A model generated the notes under the pieces. It had not been told where the DNA came from and did not search any database. It saw only the letters and a list, made by a program, of their open reading frames with translations. Below are positions 27,735 through 36,673 of a DNA stretch of 56,096 nt, piece after piece. Location: NCBI GenBank assembly GCA_046583195.1, contig JAYGCV010000090.1:1-56096 (forward strand). Direction: 5' to 3'. Each line of letters begins with the position of its first letter. Within the stretch, counting starts at the first letter, position 1. The translations under genes were made by a program, and so were the position numbers. This DNA comes from Myxococcota bacterium (GTDB lineage Bacteria > Myxococcota_A > UBA9160 > UBA4427).

Positions 27735-28664
27735 TCAGTGTGCGATCAGGCGGCGCATCTCGAAGGTCGTCTCTTCGAAGATGACGTTGGGTTCGATGTC
27801 CTCCACCTCCAGGCGGGTATATGAACCCTGCTGCAGGTTGCGCATGGTCATGCGCATGGCCACCCAGACGTCCGCGTGCTTCTCGATCGCGGCGCGGTCG
27901 ACGTCAAGGGTCTTCGTCTCGATGCCGCGTTCGCTCCAGTAGCGCGTCAGCAGCGGAATGGCGCGATCCTTCTCGATGTAGATCCGCAGTTTCGAGTATT
28001 CGGAAATGGTCCCGCTTTTCGGCGTGGCTTCGATCACGAAGACCGCGACCTGGTCGAGGGCCTCGTCGTCGATCCGCGTGTAGTCGAAGTCGTCGATGTC
28101 GCTCGGCAGCACGTCCTCGAAGCTGAAGTCGCTGCCGAAGACGGGCTCACCGCGCAGGCTGACGCGCCGGATGCGTCGCTCGCTAGCGAGGTAGAGGAAC
28201 TGGTCGCTCGGGCCGGTGTGGCGGTTGAGAATCAGGTAGCCGGTGTGCCGCAGATCGAAGGGTTCGAGGTAACGCACGAGGGTCTGGGAGGCGATCATCC
28301 GACTCGGGTTCGATCCCCGACCTGCCGCGCCGGCACGCTCGCGGTCCTCTTTGGGGGCGTCCTCGGTGAACCACATGCGGAAGGCGGATTCCTGCTGGTT
28401 TCCGGCGCGGTCGCCGGAGACGAGGCGCGCGGTCTGGCGGAAGCTGTGGAAACGGTTTTCGAGCACGCGCGCGTAGATGTCGCGCCCGCTCTGGCCGGCG
28501 TCCTCGGCGCGGGCTTCGCCGCTCGCTGGAACTTCGTCCGGAACCGGGCGATTCGCCTGGGCATGGGGTGCGAGCAGCGCCGCGAGAGCCAGACCTGCGA
28601 GCAACGCTCGGAGCGCCTGCGGGTTTCGCAGGGGGGAGCGGCGCAGCCTCGCGGGAAGGGGCAT
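27735..28664 (-). CDS. LolA-like outer-membrane lipoprotein-sorting family protein
   Basis: Signal peptide ending AQA; PFDLRHTGYL, DQFLYL..RRIRRV and FGSDFSFED motifs. Confidence 0.8.
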   Translation of the reverse strand: MPLPARLRRSPLRNPQALRALLAGLALAALLAPHAQANRPVPDEVPASGEARAEDAGQSGRDIYARVLENRFHSFRQTARLVSGDRAGNQQESAFRMWFTEDAPKEDRERAGAAGRGSNPSRMIASQTLVRYLEPFDLRHTGYLILNRHTGPSDQFLYLASERRIRRVSLRGEPVFGSDFSFEDVLPSDIDDFDYTRIDDEALDQVAVFVIEATPKSGTISEYSKLRIYIEKDRAIPLLTRYWSERGIETKTLDVDRAAIEKHADVWVAMRMTMRNLQQGSYTRLEVEDIEPNVIFEETTFEMRRLIAH

Positions 28665-28684
28665 GGGTCTGGTTGCGCGCGGTC

Positions 28685-29374
28685 CTACGAGCGCGCTGCC
28701 TCGGCGCAACTGCGCAGCGATTCGATGGCGCCCTTGTAGTCGGCTTCTCCGAAGATCGCGGTGCCGGCGACGAAGACGTTGGCGCCGGCCTCGGAGGCGA
28801 CTCCGATGGTGCTCGCCGTGACGCCGCCATCGACTTCGATGTCGACCGAAAGTCCGCGCTCGAGGGTCCACTCGCGCAGTTGGCGGACCTTCGACATCGC
28901 GCTGGCGATGAATTTCTGCCCGCCGAATCCCGGATTGACGGTCATCACCAGCACCTGGTCCAGATCGCCAAGGACGGGCTCGAGCGTCTGGACGGGGGTC
29001 GCGGGGTTGATCACCGCGCAGGCACGCGCACCGAGTTCGCGGATCTGGGCCAGCGTGCGGTGCAGGTGGGGACAGGTCTCGGCGTGCACGCCCACCGTGT
29101 CGGCCCCTGCGCCCACGTAGTCGGCGATCGAGGTCTCGGGCGATTCGATCATCAAGTGCACGTCGAGGGGAAGCGAAGTCGAGCGGCGAACGCTTTCGAC
29201 GATGGGCGGACCGAGGGTCAGGTTCGGCACGAAGTGACCGTCCATCACGTCGATGTGGATCCAGTCGGCACCCGCGGCCTCGACCGCGCGCACCTCTTCG
29301 CCAAGACGAGCGAAGTCAGAGGCGAGAATCGAGGGGGCGATGCGGAGGGTCGGTGCGTCGGAACCGGGTGTCAC
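28685..29374 (-). CDS. rpe: Ribulose-phosphate 3-epimerase
   Basis: IAPSILASDF, HIDVMDGHFVPN, DVHLM, MTVNPGFGGQ and EVDGG. Confidence 0.97.
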   Translation of the reverse strand: MTPGSDAPTLRIAPSILASDFARLGEEVRAVEAAGADWIHIDVMDGHFVPNLTLGPPIVESVRRSTSLPLDVHLMIESPETSIADYVGAGADTVGVHAETCPHLHRTLAQIRELGARACAVINPATPVQTLEPVLGDLDQVLVMTVNPGFGGQKFIASAMSKVRQLREWTLERGLSVDIEVDGGVTASTIGVASEAGANVFVAGTAIFGEADYKGAIESLRSCAEAARS

Positions 29375-30816
29375 GGAGCGCGCTCCAAACGTGCGGCGTA
29401 GAAACCGTCCGTGTTGTGTTTATGGGGAAGGCAGCGGAGGTCTCCGCTCTCGTCGAGCAACGCGTGCAGCGGGCTCTCCTTCTCGCGAGGGACAGCGCGC
29501 TGCAGATCCGGGCGCTCCGCGAGCAGTTCTTCCACCACCTCCTCGTTTTCCCCGGAAACCAGGGTGCAGGTACTGTAGACGAGGGTTCCCCCCGGTCTCA
29601 AGGCGTCTGCCGCGCGCGCAAGGATTGCCCTCTGCACCGCGCGGAGTTTCGGCAGGTCGCTGGGTTGGATGCGCCAGCGGGCGTCGGGTCGTCGGCGCAG
29701 GGTTCCGAGCCCGGAGCAGGGCGCATCGACCAGGACCCGGTCGAAGCCCTCGCGGGCCGTTTCCGGGCGTTCGAGATCTCGGAGCGTGCCCATTGCGTCG
29801 TGCTGCAGGGTGGTGAAGTTCGTGATGCCGAGGCGCCGCGCTCCCCTGGCGATCTGGGCGAGCCGACCTTCGTGGCGATCGAGCGCCAGGATGAAGCCGT
29901 CGTCGCCGAGGCGCTCGGCGATCGCCATCGTCTTGGTGCCCGGGGCCGCGCAGGTGTCGAGAATCGATTCGCCCGGCTGCGGATCAAGGAACTCCACCAC
30001 CAACTGCGAAGCCTCGTCCTGCGGGCTCATGCGTCCGGCCAGGAAGGCCGGGTCGCGAGTCGCTCCCTTTCCCAGAATCAACGCGTCCGGAGAAAAAAGC
30101 CCGCGGCGCGCTTCGGGAAAGCGCGGGAGGAGCTCTTCGAGGAGTTCGTCGGCGGAGTTGCGCAGGCGGTTGGCTCGGACGGTGGCGGGGGGCGTCTGGT
30201 TCGATACGGCGGCCAACTCCGCGGCCTCCTCGGGTCCGAAGCGCTGGAGCCAGAGTTCGGCGATCCACTTTGGAATCGAAAGCGCGTGGACCAGGTGGCC
30301 CTGTGGGTCGCGCACCGGATTCGGGAGCGGGATCTTCGTGTGCTCGCGGGCCAGGCGGCGCAGCGCGGCGTTGATCAGGCCGGCGGCGCGTTCGCTGCCA
30401 AGGGCGCGGATGCAGTGGACGGATTGATCGACAGCGGCCGAATCGGGGATGCGATCGCAGAAAACGATCTGGTAGGCGCCCATGCGGAGCGTGCTCGTGA
30501 CCAGCGGCTCGGTGCGATCAAGCGGCCGGTCCAGGACATGGGAGAGCAGGAAGTCGAGCCGTCCTCGCCAGCGCAGGGTTCCGAAGACGAGTTCGGTGGC
30601 GAGGGCGCGGTCTTCGGAGGAGAGTTCGCTGCGTGAAAGGGCCGCGTGGAGTGCAATGTCCGCGAAGGCCTGCACCTTCTCGACGCGATCGAGGACACGG
30701 ATCGCCAGCAGGCGCGCCGCGGTCGGGCCGGCGCCCCGGCGCTGCCCGGGACCTTCTCGGGCGAGTTTCGGGCGCCCGCGTCCGCGTCGCTTCGTGTTCT
30801 TTTCGGGGGGCAGCAC
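29371..30816 (-). CDS. rsmB: 16S rRNA m5C967 methyltransferase
   Basis: N-terminal NusB-like domain; QDEASQ, DTCAAPGTK, DAPCSGLG and YSTCT. Confidence 0.95.
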   Translation of the reverse strand: MLPPEKNTKRRGRGRPKLAREGPGQRRGAGPTAARLLAIRVLDRVEKVQAFADIALHAALSRSELSSEDRALATELVFGTLRWRGRLDFLLSHVLDRPLDRTEPLVTSTLRMGAYQIVFCDRIPDSAAVDQSVHCIRALGSERAAGLINAALRRLAREHTKIPLPNPVRDPQGHLVHALSIPKWIAELWLQRFGPEEAAELAAVSNQTPPATVRANRLRNSADELLEELLPRFPEARRGLFSPDALILGKGATRDPAFLAGRMSPQDEASQLVVEFLDPQPGESILDTCAAPGTKTMAIAERLGDDGFILALDRHEGRLAQIARGARRLGITNFTTLQHDAMGTLRDLERPETAREGFDRVLVDAPCSGLGTLRRRPDARWRIQPSDLPKLRAVQRAILARAADALRPGGTLVYSTCTLVSGENEEVVEELLAERPDLQRAVPREKESPLHALLDESGDLRCLPHKHNTDGFYAARLERAP

Positions 30817-30860
30817 GCGCCTTCCTCCAGGCTCGCTTGGATTCGCGGAGCCGGCGGAGT

Positions 30861-31850
30861 CTAGCGGTCCTGCCCGGGCCCCCCTGCGCCTCCGAGTTTC
30901 GTACCGTTCGGGATCTCGCGTCCGCGCAGGAAGGCATCGATCGCAAGCGCCCGGCCGCCGGCGCGCTGCACGCTGCGCGGGAGGAGCCAGCCCTGGCCGG
31001 TGGCGATGCGCAGGGCGCCGTCGTCGCCCCGGCGTGAGACGAGCCCGGGGGTGGCGCCGGCGTCGCCGACGTCACCGGTGTTGCCGACGTCACCGGGTTC
31101 GCTGACGGCTTCGAGGATGCGCAGGCGGTCGTCGCCGAGTTCGGTCACAGCACCGGGCTTCGGGGCCATCGCGCGAACCTGCCGGACGATGGTTTCGGCG
31201 GATCGGCTCCAGTCGATGTGCGCGTCTTCGGGGCCGATCTTCGGCGCGGCGGTGGCGTGCCCGGCATCTTGTTCTTCGAAGACGAGTTCTCCTGCGGCGA
31301 GGATGTCGAGGGCTTCGCCGAGCAGCTCGGCCGCGAGCTCTGCCAGGCGCGCTGCGAGATCTCCGGCGTTTTCGTCCGGGCCGATCTCGAGAGAACGCGC
31401 GAGGGCCACCGGCCCGGCGTCCATCTCGCGAACGATCTTCATGATCGATACGCCGGTGTGTGAATCGCCGGCGAGGATCGCGTGGGCGATCGGGGCGGCT
31501 CCGCGATGGCGGGGCAACAGGCTGGCGTGACCGTTCAGCAGGTAACCCCGGCGCGGGAGTTCGCGGACGGCCCTTGGCAGAAATTGACCAAAGGCCACCA
31601 CCACGCCGATATCGGGTTCGAGTGCGCGGAGCCTCTCCTGAAAGATCGGGTCCCCGGCCGATTCCGGTTGGAGAACCTCGATGCCGGCCGCCCGGGCACA
31701 TTGCGCCACCGGCGTCACCGCGCTGCGCCGGCCTCGACCGCGTCGCCGGTCGGGCTGGCTCACCACCGCCAGCGGCGGGTGCGGGCTTTCGATCAGCCGC
31801 TGGAGCGTGGGCACCGCGAATTCCGGCGTTCCGAAGAAGACCGTACGCAT
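30861..31850 (-). CDS. fmt: Methionyl-tRNA formyltransferase
   Basis: MRTVFFGTPEFA, VVSQPDR, HASLLPRHRGAAPI and MDAGP. Confidence 0.96.
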   Translation of the reverse strand: MRTVFFGTPEFAVPTLQRLIESPHPPLAVVSQPDRRRGRGRRSAVTPVAQCARAAGIEVLQPESAGDPIFQERLRALEPDIGVVVAFGQFLPRAVRELPRRGYLLNGHASLLPRHRGAAPIAHAILAGDSHTGVSIMKIVREMDAGPVALARSLEIGPDENAGDLAARLAELAAELLGEALDILAAGELVFEEQDAGHATAAPKIGPEDAHIDWSRSAETIVRQVRAMAPKPGAVTELGDDRLRILEAVSEPGDVGNTGDVGDAGATPGLVSRRGDDGALRIATGQGWLLPRSVQRAGGRALAIDAFLRGREIPNGTKLGGAGGPGQDR

Positions 31851-31861
31851 CGGCTGGGGGC

Positions 31862-32407
31862 TCAGAACCGGGCCCGTCCCGCTTCGGCTTCGTCTTCTTC
31901 CTGGGCGAGCTGCTTTTTCCGCTTCTTCACGTAGAGGCTGCGTTTCAGGCGACTGATGCGGTCGATGAAGAGGATGCCATCGAGGTGGTCGACCTCGTGC
32001 TGGAAGCAGACGGCGCGCAGACCCTCGGCGTGCTCCTCGATGGGGTTCCCGTCGAGGTCGGTTCCGAAGACGGTCACCCGCTGGGCGCGATCCACGTCGG
32101 CGGTGTAGTCCGGAACCGAGAGGCAGCCCTCGTTCCAGGTGAGGCTGCCTTCGGGCTGTACGAGTTCGGGGTTGATCACAACGAGGGCGTCGCGGTCGTT
32201 CCCTTCGTCGTTCCACTCGGTGTCGACCACGATCAGCCGGATGGCGACGCCGACCTGGGGCGCGGCCAGGCCGATCCCGGGTTCGTCGTACATCACGTCG
32301 CACATATCGCTTGCCAGCTCGCGATGCGCGTCGGTGATCTCGGTGATCGGCTCGCTCTTGCGCTTCAGGCGTGCGTCGGGAAACTGGAGAACCTCCCGGA
32401 GAGCCAT
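31862..32407 (-). CDS. def: Peptide deformylase
   Basis: GIGLAAPQ, EGCLS and QHEVDHLDG motifs. Confidence 0.97.
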   Translation of the reverse strand: MALREVLQFPDARLKRKSEPITEITDAHRELASDMCDVMYDEPGIGLAAPQVGVAIRLIVVDTEWNDEGNDRDALVVINPELVQPEGSLTWNEGCLSVPDYTADVDRAQRVTVFGTDLDGNPIEEHAEGLRAVCFQHEVDHLDGILFIDRISRLKRSLYVKKRKKQLAQEEDEAEAGRARF

Positions 32408-32414
32408 GGGCGCT

Positions 32415-34868
32415 TCATAGCATGTTGACCGGATCGACGTCCAACGCCGTGCGCACGGCTTTGGGCAGCGCCTGGGTGCGTGCGAGCAGCTGGCGAGCGG
32501 CCTTTAGCAGCGAAGCTTCGTCGGTCGATTTCAGCAGCAATTGGAAGCGATAACGCCCGCGCAGTCGCGGAAAGGGTGAGGGAGCCGGGCCCAGGATCTC
32601 GACGTTGTGCAGGCCATCGCGTTCGAAATCGCGCTGGATGTCGCCCGCCAGCGCCTGGATGGCCTCGGAGCCCGCTGCCTCTTCGGGGTGCGAAAGCAGG
32701 AGGTGCGCGATGCGGCCGAAGGGTGGGTACGAGAGCTGCTGGCGCAGCGCGATTTCGCGGTCGTAAAAGCTGTCGTAGTCGTGTCGACTGGCCGCGGCGA
32801 TGGCGTAGTGGTCGGGGACGTAGGTCTGCACCACGACCTCCCCCGGCAGTTCGGCGCGCCCGGCGCGGCCCGCCACCTGGGTGAGGAGTTGGAAGCTCCG
32901 CTCCGCCGCGCGGAAATCCGGCAGGTGGAGCCCGGTGTCGGCGAAGACCACGCCCACCAGCCGCACGCCCGGGAAGTCGTGCCCCTTCGCCACCAGTTGG
33001 GTGCCCACGAGAATGTCGAGTTCGCCCTGCCGAAGCTGGGTGAGGATCTCTTCGGTCGCCCCGCGGCGCCGCGCGATATCGCGATCGAGTCGCGCGATGC
33101 GAGCGCCCGGAAAGGCAATGCGCGTCTCCTCTTCGAGGCGTTGGGTTCCCATGCCGAGCAGAGCGGTCTCGGGGGCGCCGCAGGCCTCGCACGTCTCGAT
33201 GGGGGGACGCCGGAAATCGCAGTAGTGGCAGCGCAGTTTGTGATCGGCGGAATGAAAGACGAGCGCGACCTCGCAATTCGGGCAGTGCTCGGCGTGTCCG
33301 CATTCGAAACAGAAAATCTGGGTCGAGAAGCCCCGGCGATTGAGGAAGAGGATGGTCTGGCCCCCGTCCTCCAGGGTTCGCGCCATCGCGCGGCGAAGCG
33401 GCTGGCTGATGCTGCGCCTTGCGCCTCGAGGCGCGCGCGCGCGCTCGGCGGCGAGGTCCACGAGTTGGACCCGCGGCAGTGGGCGGTTGCCGACGCGCTT
33501 GGACAGCACCAGCCGGGTGAGGTCGCCCCGTTCGGCCTTGAAGCGACTTTCGAGGCTCGGTGTGGCCGAGCCCGAAATCAGCGGACACCCGTGGGCCACC
33601 GAAAGGGCGCTCGCGAGTTCCGAGGCGCGGTAGCGAAAGCCCTCATCGTTCTTGTACGCCGAGTCGTGTTCTTCGTCGATCACGATCAGCCCGAGGTTCT
33701 CGAGCGGAGCGAAGAGTGCGCTGCGCGCTCCCACGGCGATCGGCTTCTCGCCGCTTCGCAGGCGCTGCCATTCTGCCAGGCGTTCGTTGGGTCGCAGGCC
33801 ACTGTGCAAGATCGCCAGGGCATCCCCGAAACGCGCCCGCAGGCGCTGCACCATTTGGTGGGTGAGGGTGATTTCGGGGACCAGAACGAGAGCCTGCAGG
33901 TTGCGGTCGAGGGCTTCGGCAATGGCCCGCAGGTAGATCTCGGTCTTGCCGCTGCCGGTCACCCCGTGGAGCAGAAAGTGCTCCGCGCGCCCGGCACGCA
34001 GGCTCTCGAGGACGGGGGTGAGGGCGGTCTGCTGATCGGGGGTGAGCGGCAGGGGTTGATCGCGTTCAACGGCGCCCCGCAAGGCCGAGTGCTGGACCTC
34101 GCGCTGGTCGTGTTTCAGGAGGTCTCGCTTCGAGAGTTCGCGCAAGATGGCCGGGGCGCCCGGGAAGGTTTCGCGCAGCTCGGCCCGCCGCAGCGGCCCT
34201 CTGGCAGCGGCAAGGTGGCGCAGCAGCGCGGCCTGCTTCGGGGCTCGGGCCAGTTGCTCGGCGCACACGCTTTCGACATCGACGCCCTCGCGAACCGAAA
34301 CGATCGCATCCAGGGACGGTCGCGCCCCGGGCGGCTTCTCCTCGGTCTCTTTCAGGAGCAAGCCATCCCGCTGCAGTCTCGCGCTCGCACGCTGCTCCTC
34401 CGCGGTTCGCGGTTGGCTGCCGGCGGCGATTTTTTCGAGCAGGGCGTGGTCCTGGCTACCGAGGAGCTTTCGCGCCAACGCTTCGCGACCGCGCGGGCTC
34501 GGCGCAAGAACGGACCGCCAGGTCGGTGCCCCGCCCGAGGGCAGGGCGGTGTGCAGTGCAAGGCCCACCGGACACAGGACACGCTTCGCGGCTTCGCGTA
34601 GGATGGTGGCCATCTTCGGGGACATCACCGGTTCCGCGTCGAGAATGCGTTCGACGGGAGCGAGCGTGGGGTCCACGGTGCCGGGAACCGGCTCGATGAT
34701 GAGACCCACGAGCAAGCGTCCCGAAAAGCGGACCATCGCGCGACAGCCCGGGCGCGCCGCGTCGGCAAGCGAGTCGGGGACGCGGTAGTCGAAGAGCGAA
34801 TCCACCGGTACCGGGAGTGCCATCCGGACCGCGCTGCCAGCGCTTCCGGCGAAGAGCGGATCATTCAT
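32415..34868 (-). CDS. priA: Primosomal protein N' (replication restart helicase)
   Basis: GVTGSGKTE, DEEHD, SAT and Zn-finger CxxC pairs; start inferred. Confidence 0.96.
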   Translation of the reverse strand: MNDPLFAGSAGSAVRMALPVPVDSLFDYRVPDSLADAARPGCRAMVRFSGRLLVGLIIEPVPGTVDPTLAPVERILDAEPVMSPKMATILREAAKRVLCPVGLALHTALPSGGAPTWRSVLAPSPRGREALARKLLGSQDHALLEKIAAGSQPRTAEEQRASARLQRDGLLLKETEEKPPGARPSLDAIVSVREGVDVESVCAEQLARAPKQAALLRHLAAARGPLRRAELRETFPGAPAILRELSKRDLLKHDQREVQHSALRGAVERDQPLPLTPDQQTALTPVLESLRAGRAEHFLLHGVTGSGKTEIYLRAIAEALDRNLQALVLVPEITLTHQMVQRLRARFGDALAILHSGLRPNERLAEWQRLRSGEKPIAVGARSALFAPLENLGLIVIDEEHDSAYKNDEGFRYRASELASALSVAHGCPLISGSATPSLESRFKAERGDLTRLVLSKRVGNRPLPRVQLVDLAAERARAPRGARRSISQPLRRAMARTLEDGGQTILFLNRRGFSTQIFCFECGHAEHCPNCEVALVFHSADHKLRCHYCDFRRPPIETCEACGAPETALLGMGTQRLEEETRIAFPGARIARLDRDIARRRGATEEILTQLRQGELDILVGTQLVAKGHDFPGVRLVGVVFADTGLHLPDFRAAERSFQLLTQVAGRAGRAELPGEVVVQTYVPDHYAIAAASRHDYDSFYDREIALRQQLSYPPFGRIAHLLLSHPEEAAGSEAIQALAGDIQRDFERDGLHNVEILGPAPSPFPRLRGRYRFQLLLKSTDEASLLKAARQLLARTQALPKAVRTALDVDPVNML

Positions 34869-35598
34869 GCGGATATTGTATGGGGGCCGAAAGACGCGCG
34901 CCGGAAAACCCGGCCGGATCCAGGTGCGTGAGAGCCGTTTCGGGCGCGAACTCTGGGTGGATGGAACCTTCGCCTCGCTCCACCGCCCGGGCGAGGTGGC
35001 CACCGGCTCGGTCTGGGACGCGCTGGCCGCTGGAGTGCTCGCGCTAAAGACAGCGCGTCAAAAGAAGGTGGCGATTCTCGGTCTCGGTGCGGGGAGCTGC
35101 GCGCGGTTGGTTCGCGCTCTGCTGCCCGATGCCGAAATTCTCGGGGTGGAATTCGATCCGGAAATCGTCCGCGTGGCACGTCGCCACTTCGGCCTCGACG
35201 ACCTCGGAGTCGAGGTGGTGGTGGCCGATGCGCGCGAATTCCTCGGCAGCACCCGGAGGCGCTTCGACGCAATTCTCGAGGATGTCTTCATCGGGTCGGG
35301 GGACGCGGTCCGTAAACCCGCCTGGCTGCCCCAGCCCGGGCTCGCCCTGGCGGCGCGAAGGCTCCGGCCCGGCGGGGTGCTGGTGTCCAACGCCCTCGAC
35401 GAAGCGGCCTTCGTCTCGTTCGCGCTGCGCGATCTCTTTCCGACGGTCGTGCGGATCGAGGTGCGCGACTACGACAACCAGGTCTTCGTGGCCGGGGGGC
35501 TCTCGGCGCGTGCTCTGCGGGCTCGCATCTTTGCCGAGCCGACCCTTCGCGACGCGCTCGCACTGCTGCGCCTCCGCACCGAACCCCCGCTCGCCTAA
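34867..35598 (+). CDS. Spermidine-synthase-like class I SAM-dependent methyltransferase
   Basis: ILGLGAGS, VEFDPEIV..ARRHF, DAREFL, FDAILED and LRPGGVL; exact start uncertain. Confidence 0.8.
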   Translation: MRILYGGRKTRAGKPGRIQVRESRFGRELWVDGTFASLHRPGEVATGSVWDALAAGVLALKTARQKKVAILGLGAGSCARLVRALLPDAEILGVEFDPEIVRVARRHFGLDDLGVEVVVADAREFLGSTRRRFDAILEDVFIGSGDAVRKPAWLPQPGLALAARRLRPGGVLVSNALDEAAFVSFALRDLFPTVVRIEVRDYDNQVFVAGGLSARALRARIFAEPTLRDALALLRLRTEPPLA

Positions 35599-35740
35599 AA
35601 CGTAAAACGGTAAAACGGTAAAACGGTAAAACGGGGGCGGGTTTTCTTTTTTTCCTTTTCGGTGGGTAGGCCGTGCTCGGCGTGACTCCGGGGCCGAAAA
35701 GGAAAAAAATAAAACCCGTCCCCGTTTTATCCCCGTTTTA
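35596..35740. repeat. REP/REPIN-like long inverted repeat, copy 2, with tandem TAAAACGG end units
   Basis: 36-bp arms 35627-35662 and 35694-35729 (two mismatches), near-identical to copy 1. Four TAAAACGG units plus a partial at 35596-35634; an extra CCGTTTTA at 35733-35740. Confidence 0.88.
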
Positions 35741-36337
35741 GTCCATGGGCTGCCGGTTGCCCAGCGATCGCCCGACGGTGACGTGATCGGCGTACTCGAA
35801 ATCGCCACCCAAAGGCATGCCGCAGGCGATCCGGCTGACGAGGATGCCGGCGGATCGGACGCGCTCGGCGATGAAGTGGGCCGTGGCGTCGCCCTCGGCA
35901 GTGGGGTTCATCGCTAGGACCAATTCCCGAAGGCCCCCCTCGCGGACACGCGCTTCGAGGTCGGCGATGCGCAGATCTTTGGGGCCGATGCCCTCGATCG
36001 GCGAAAGGGCACCGCCGAGCACGAAGTAACGCCCGCTGTAGCTCTGGCTGCGCTCGATCGAGGCCAGGTCGGCGGGTTCCTCGACGACACAGAGTTGCGA
36101 CGCGTCGCGTGTCTCGCTGCGGCAGATCGCGCACGGGGACTCGTCTGTCAGGTTGAAGCACGACTCACAGAGGACAGTGTCCTGCTTGAGTCGGCCGAGG
36201 GCCTGGGCGAGTTCCTGCACCCAGGCGTCGGGGGCGCCGAGCAGAAAAAAGGTCAGCCGTGTCGCCGATTTTTCGCCGATGCCGGGGAGTCGCTTCAGGC
36301 TCGCCACCAGTCTTTCGATGGCCGGGGAGGATTCCAC
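35738..36337 (-). CDS. recR: Recombination mediator RecR
   Basis: LPGIGEKSA HhH, C4 zinc finger and Toprim VEE..NPTAEGDAT. Confidence 0.97.
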   Translation of the reverse strand: MESSPAIERLVASLKRLPGIGEKSATRLTFFLLGAPDAWVQELAQALGRLKQDTVLCESCFNLTDESPCAICRSETRDASQLCVVEEPADLASIERSQSYSGRYFVLGGALSPIEGIGPKDLRIADLEARVREGGLRELVLAMNPTAEGDATAHFIAERVRSAGILVSRIACGMPLGGDFEYADHVTVGRSLGNRQPMD

Positions 36338-36343
36338 GCGGGG

Positions 36344-36673
36344 CTACCCGGTGCCCGTTCCCGGGAAGAGTGACGCGAGGTCGATCCCACCGGAAGCGCG
36401 CTGCAATTCCTCTTGCACGCTCTGCTGCGCATTGCGCAGGGCGGCATTGACCGCCGCGGCCGTGAGGTCCTGGATCATTTCGCGATCCCCGGAATCGTAG
36501 AATGCGGCTTCGATGCGGATTTCGAGGATCTTGAGATCGCCGCTGCAGGCCGCGGTGACCATTCCGGCGCCCGCCGATCCCTCGAAGCGCCGCCTGGCCA
36601 GATCGCGCTGAATCTCCGCCATCCGGCTCTGGAGTTCCCGGGCCCGGCCGAAGAGATCGCCGAGGTCGGTCAC
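36344..36673 (-). CDS. ybaB: YbaB/EbfC nucleoid-associated protein
   Basis: GSAGAGMV and DREMIQDL.AAAVNAAL; dnaX-ybaB-recR synteny. Confidence 0.93.
   Translation of the reverse strand: MTDLGDLFGRARELQSRMAEIQRDLARRRFEGSAGAGMVTAACSGDLKILEIRIEAAFYDSGDREMIQDLTAAAVNAALRNAQQSVQEELQRASGGIDLASLFPGTGTG

Noticed and set aside
31065-31096. 18-bp-period duplication in fmt (GDVGNTGDVGD)
   Set aside because: A small in-frame loop duplication in a variable region; unlikely to be meaningful.
35596-35634. TAAAACGG tandem array as a CRISPR or iteron array
   Set aside because: There are no spacers and no cas or rep genes; the units are the terminal sequence of the inverted repeat.
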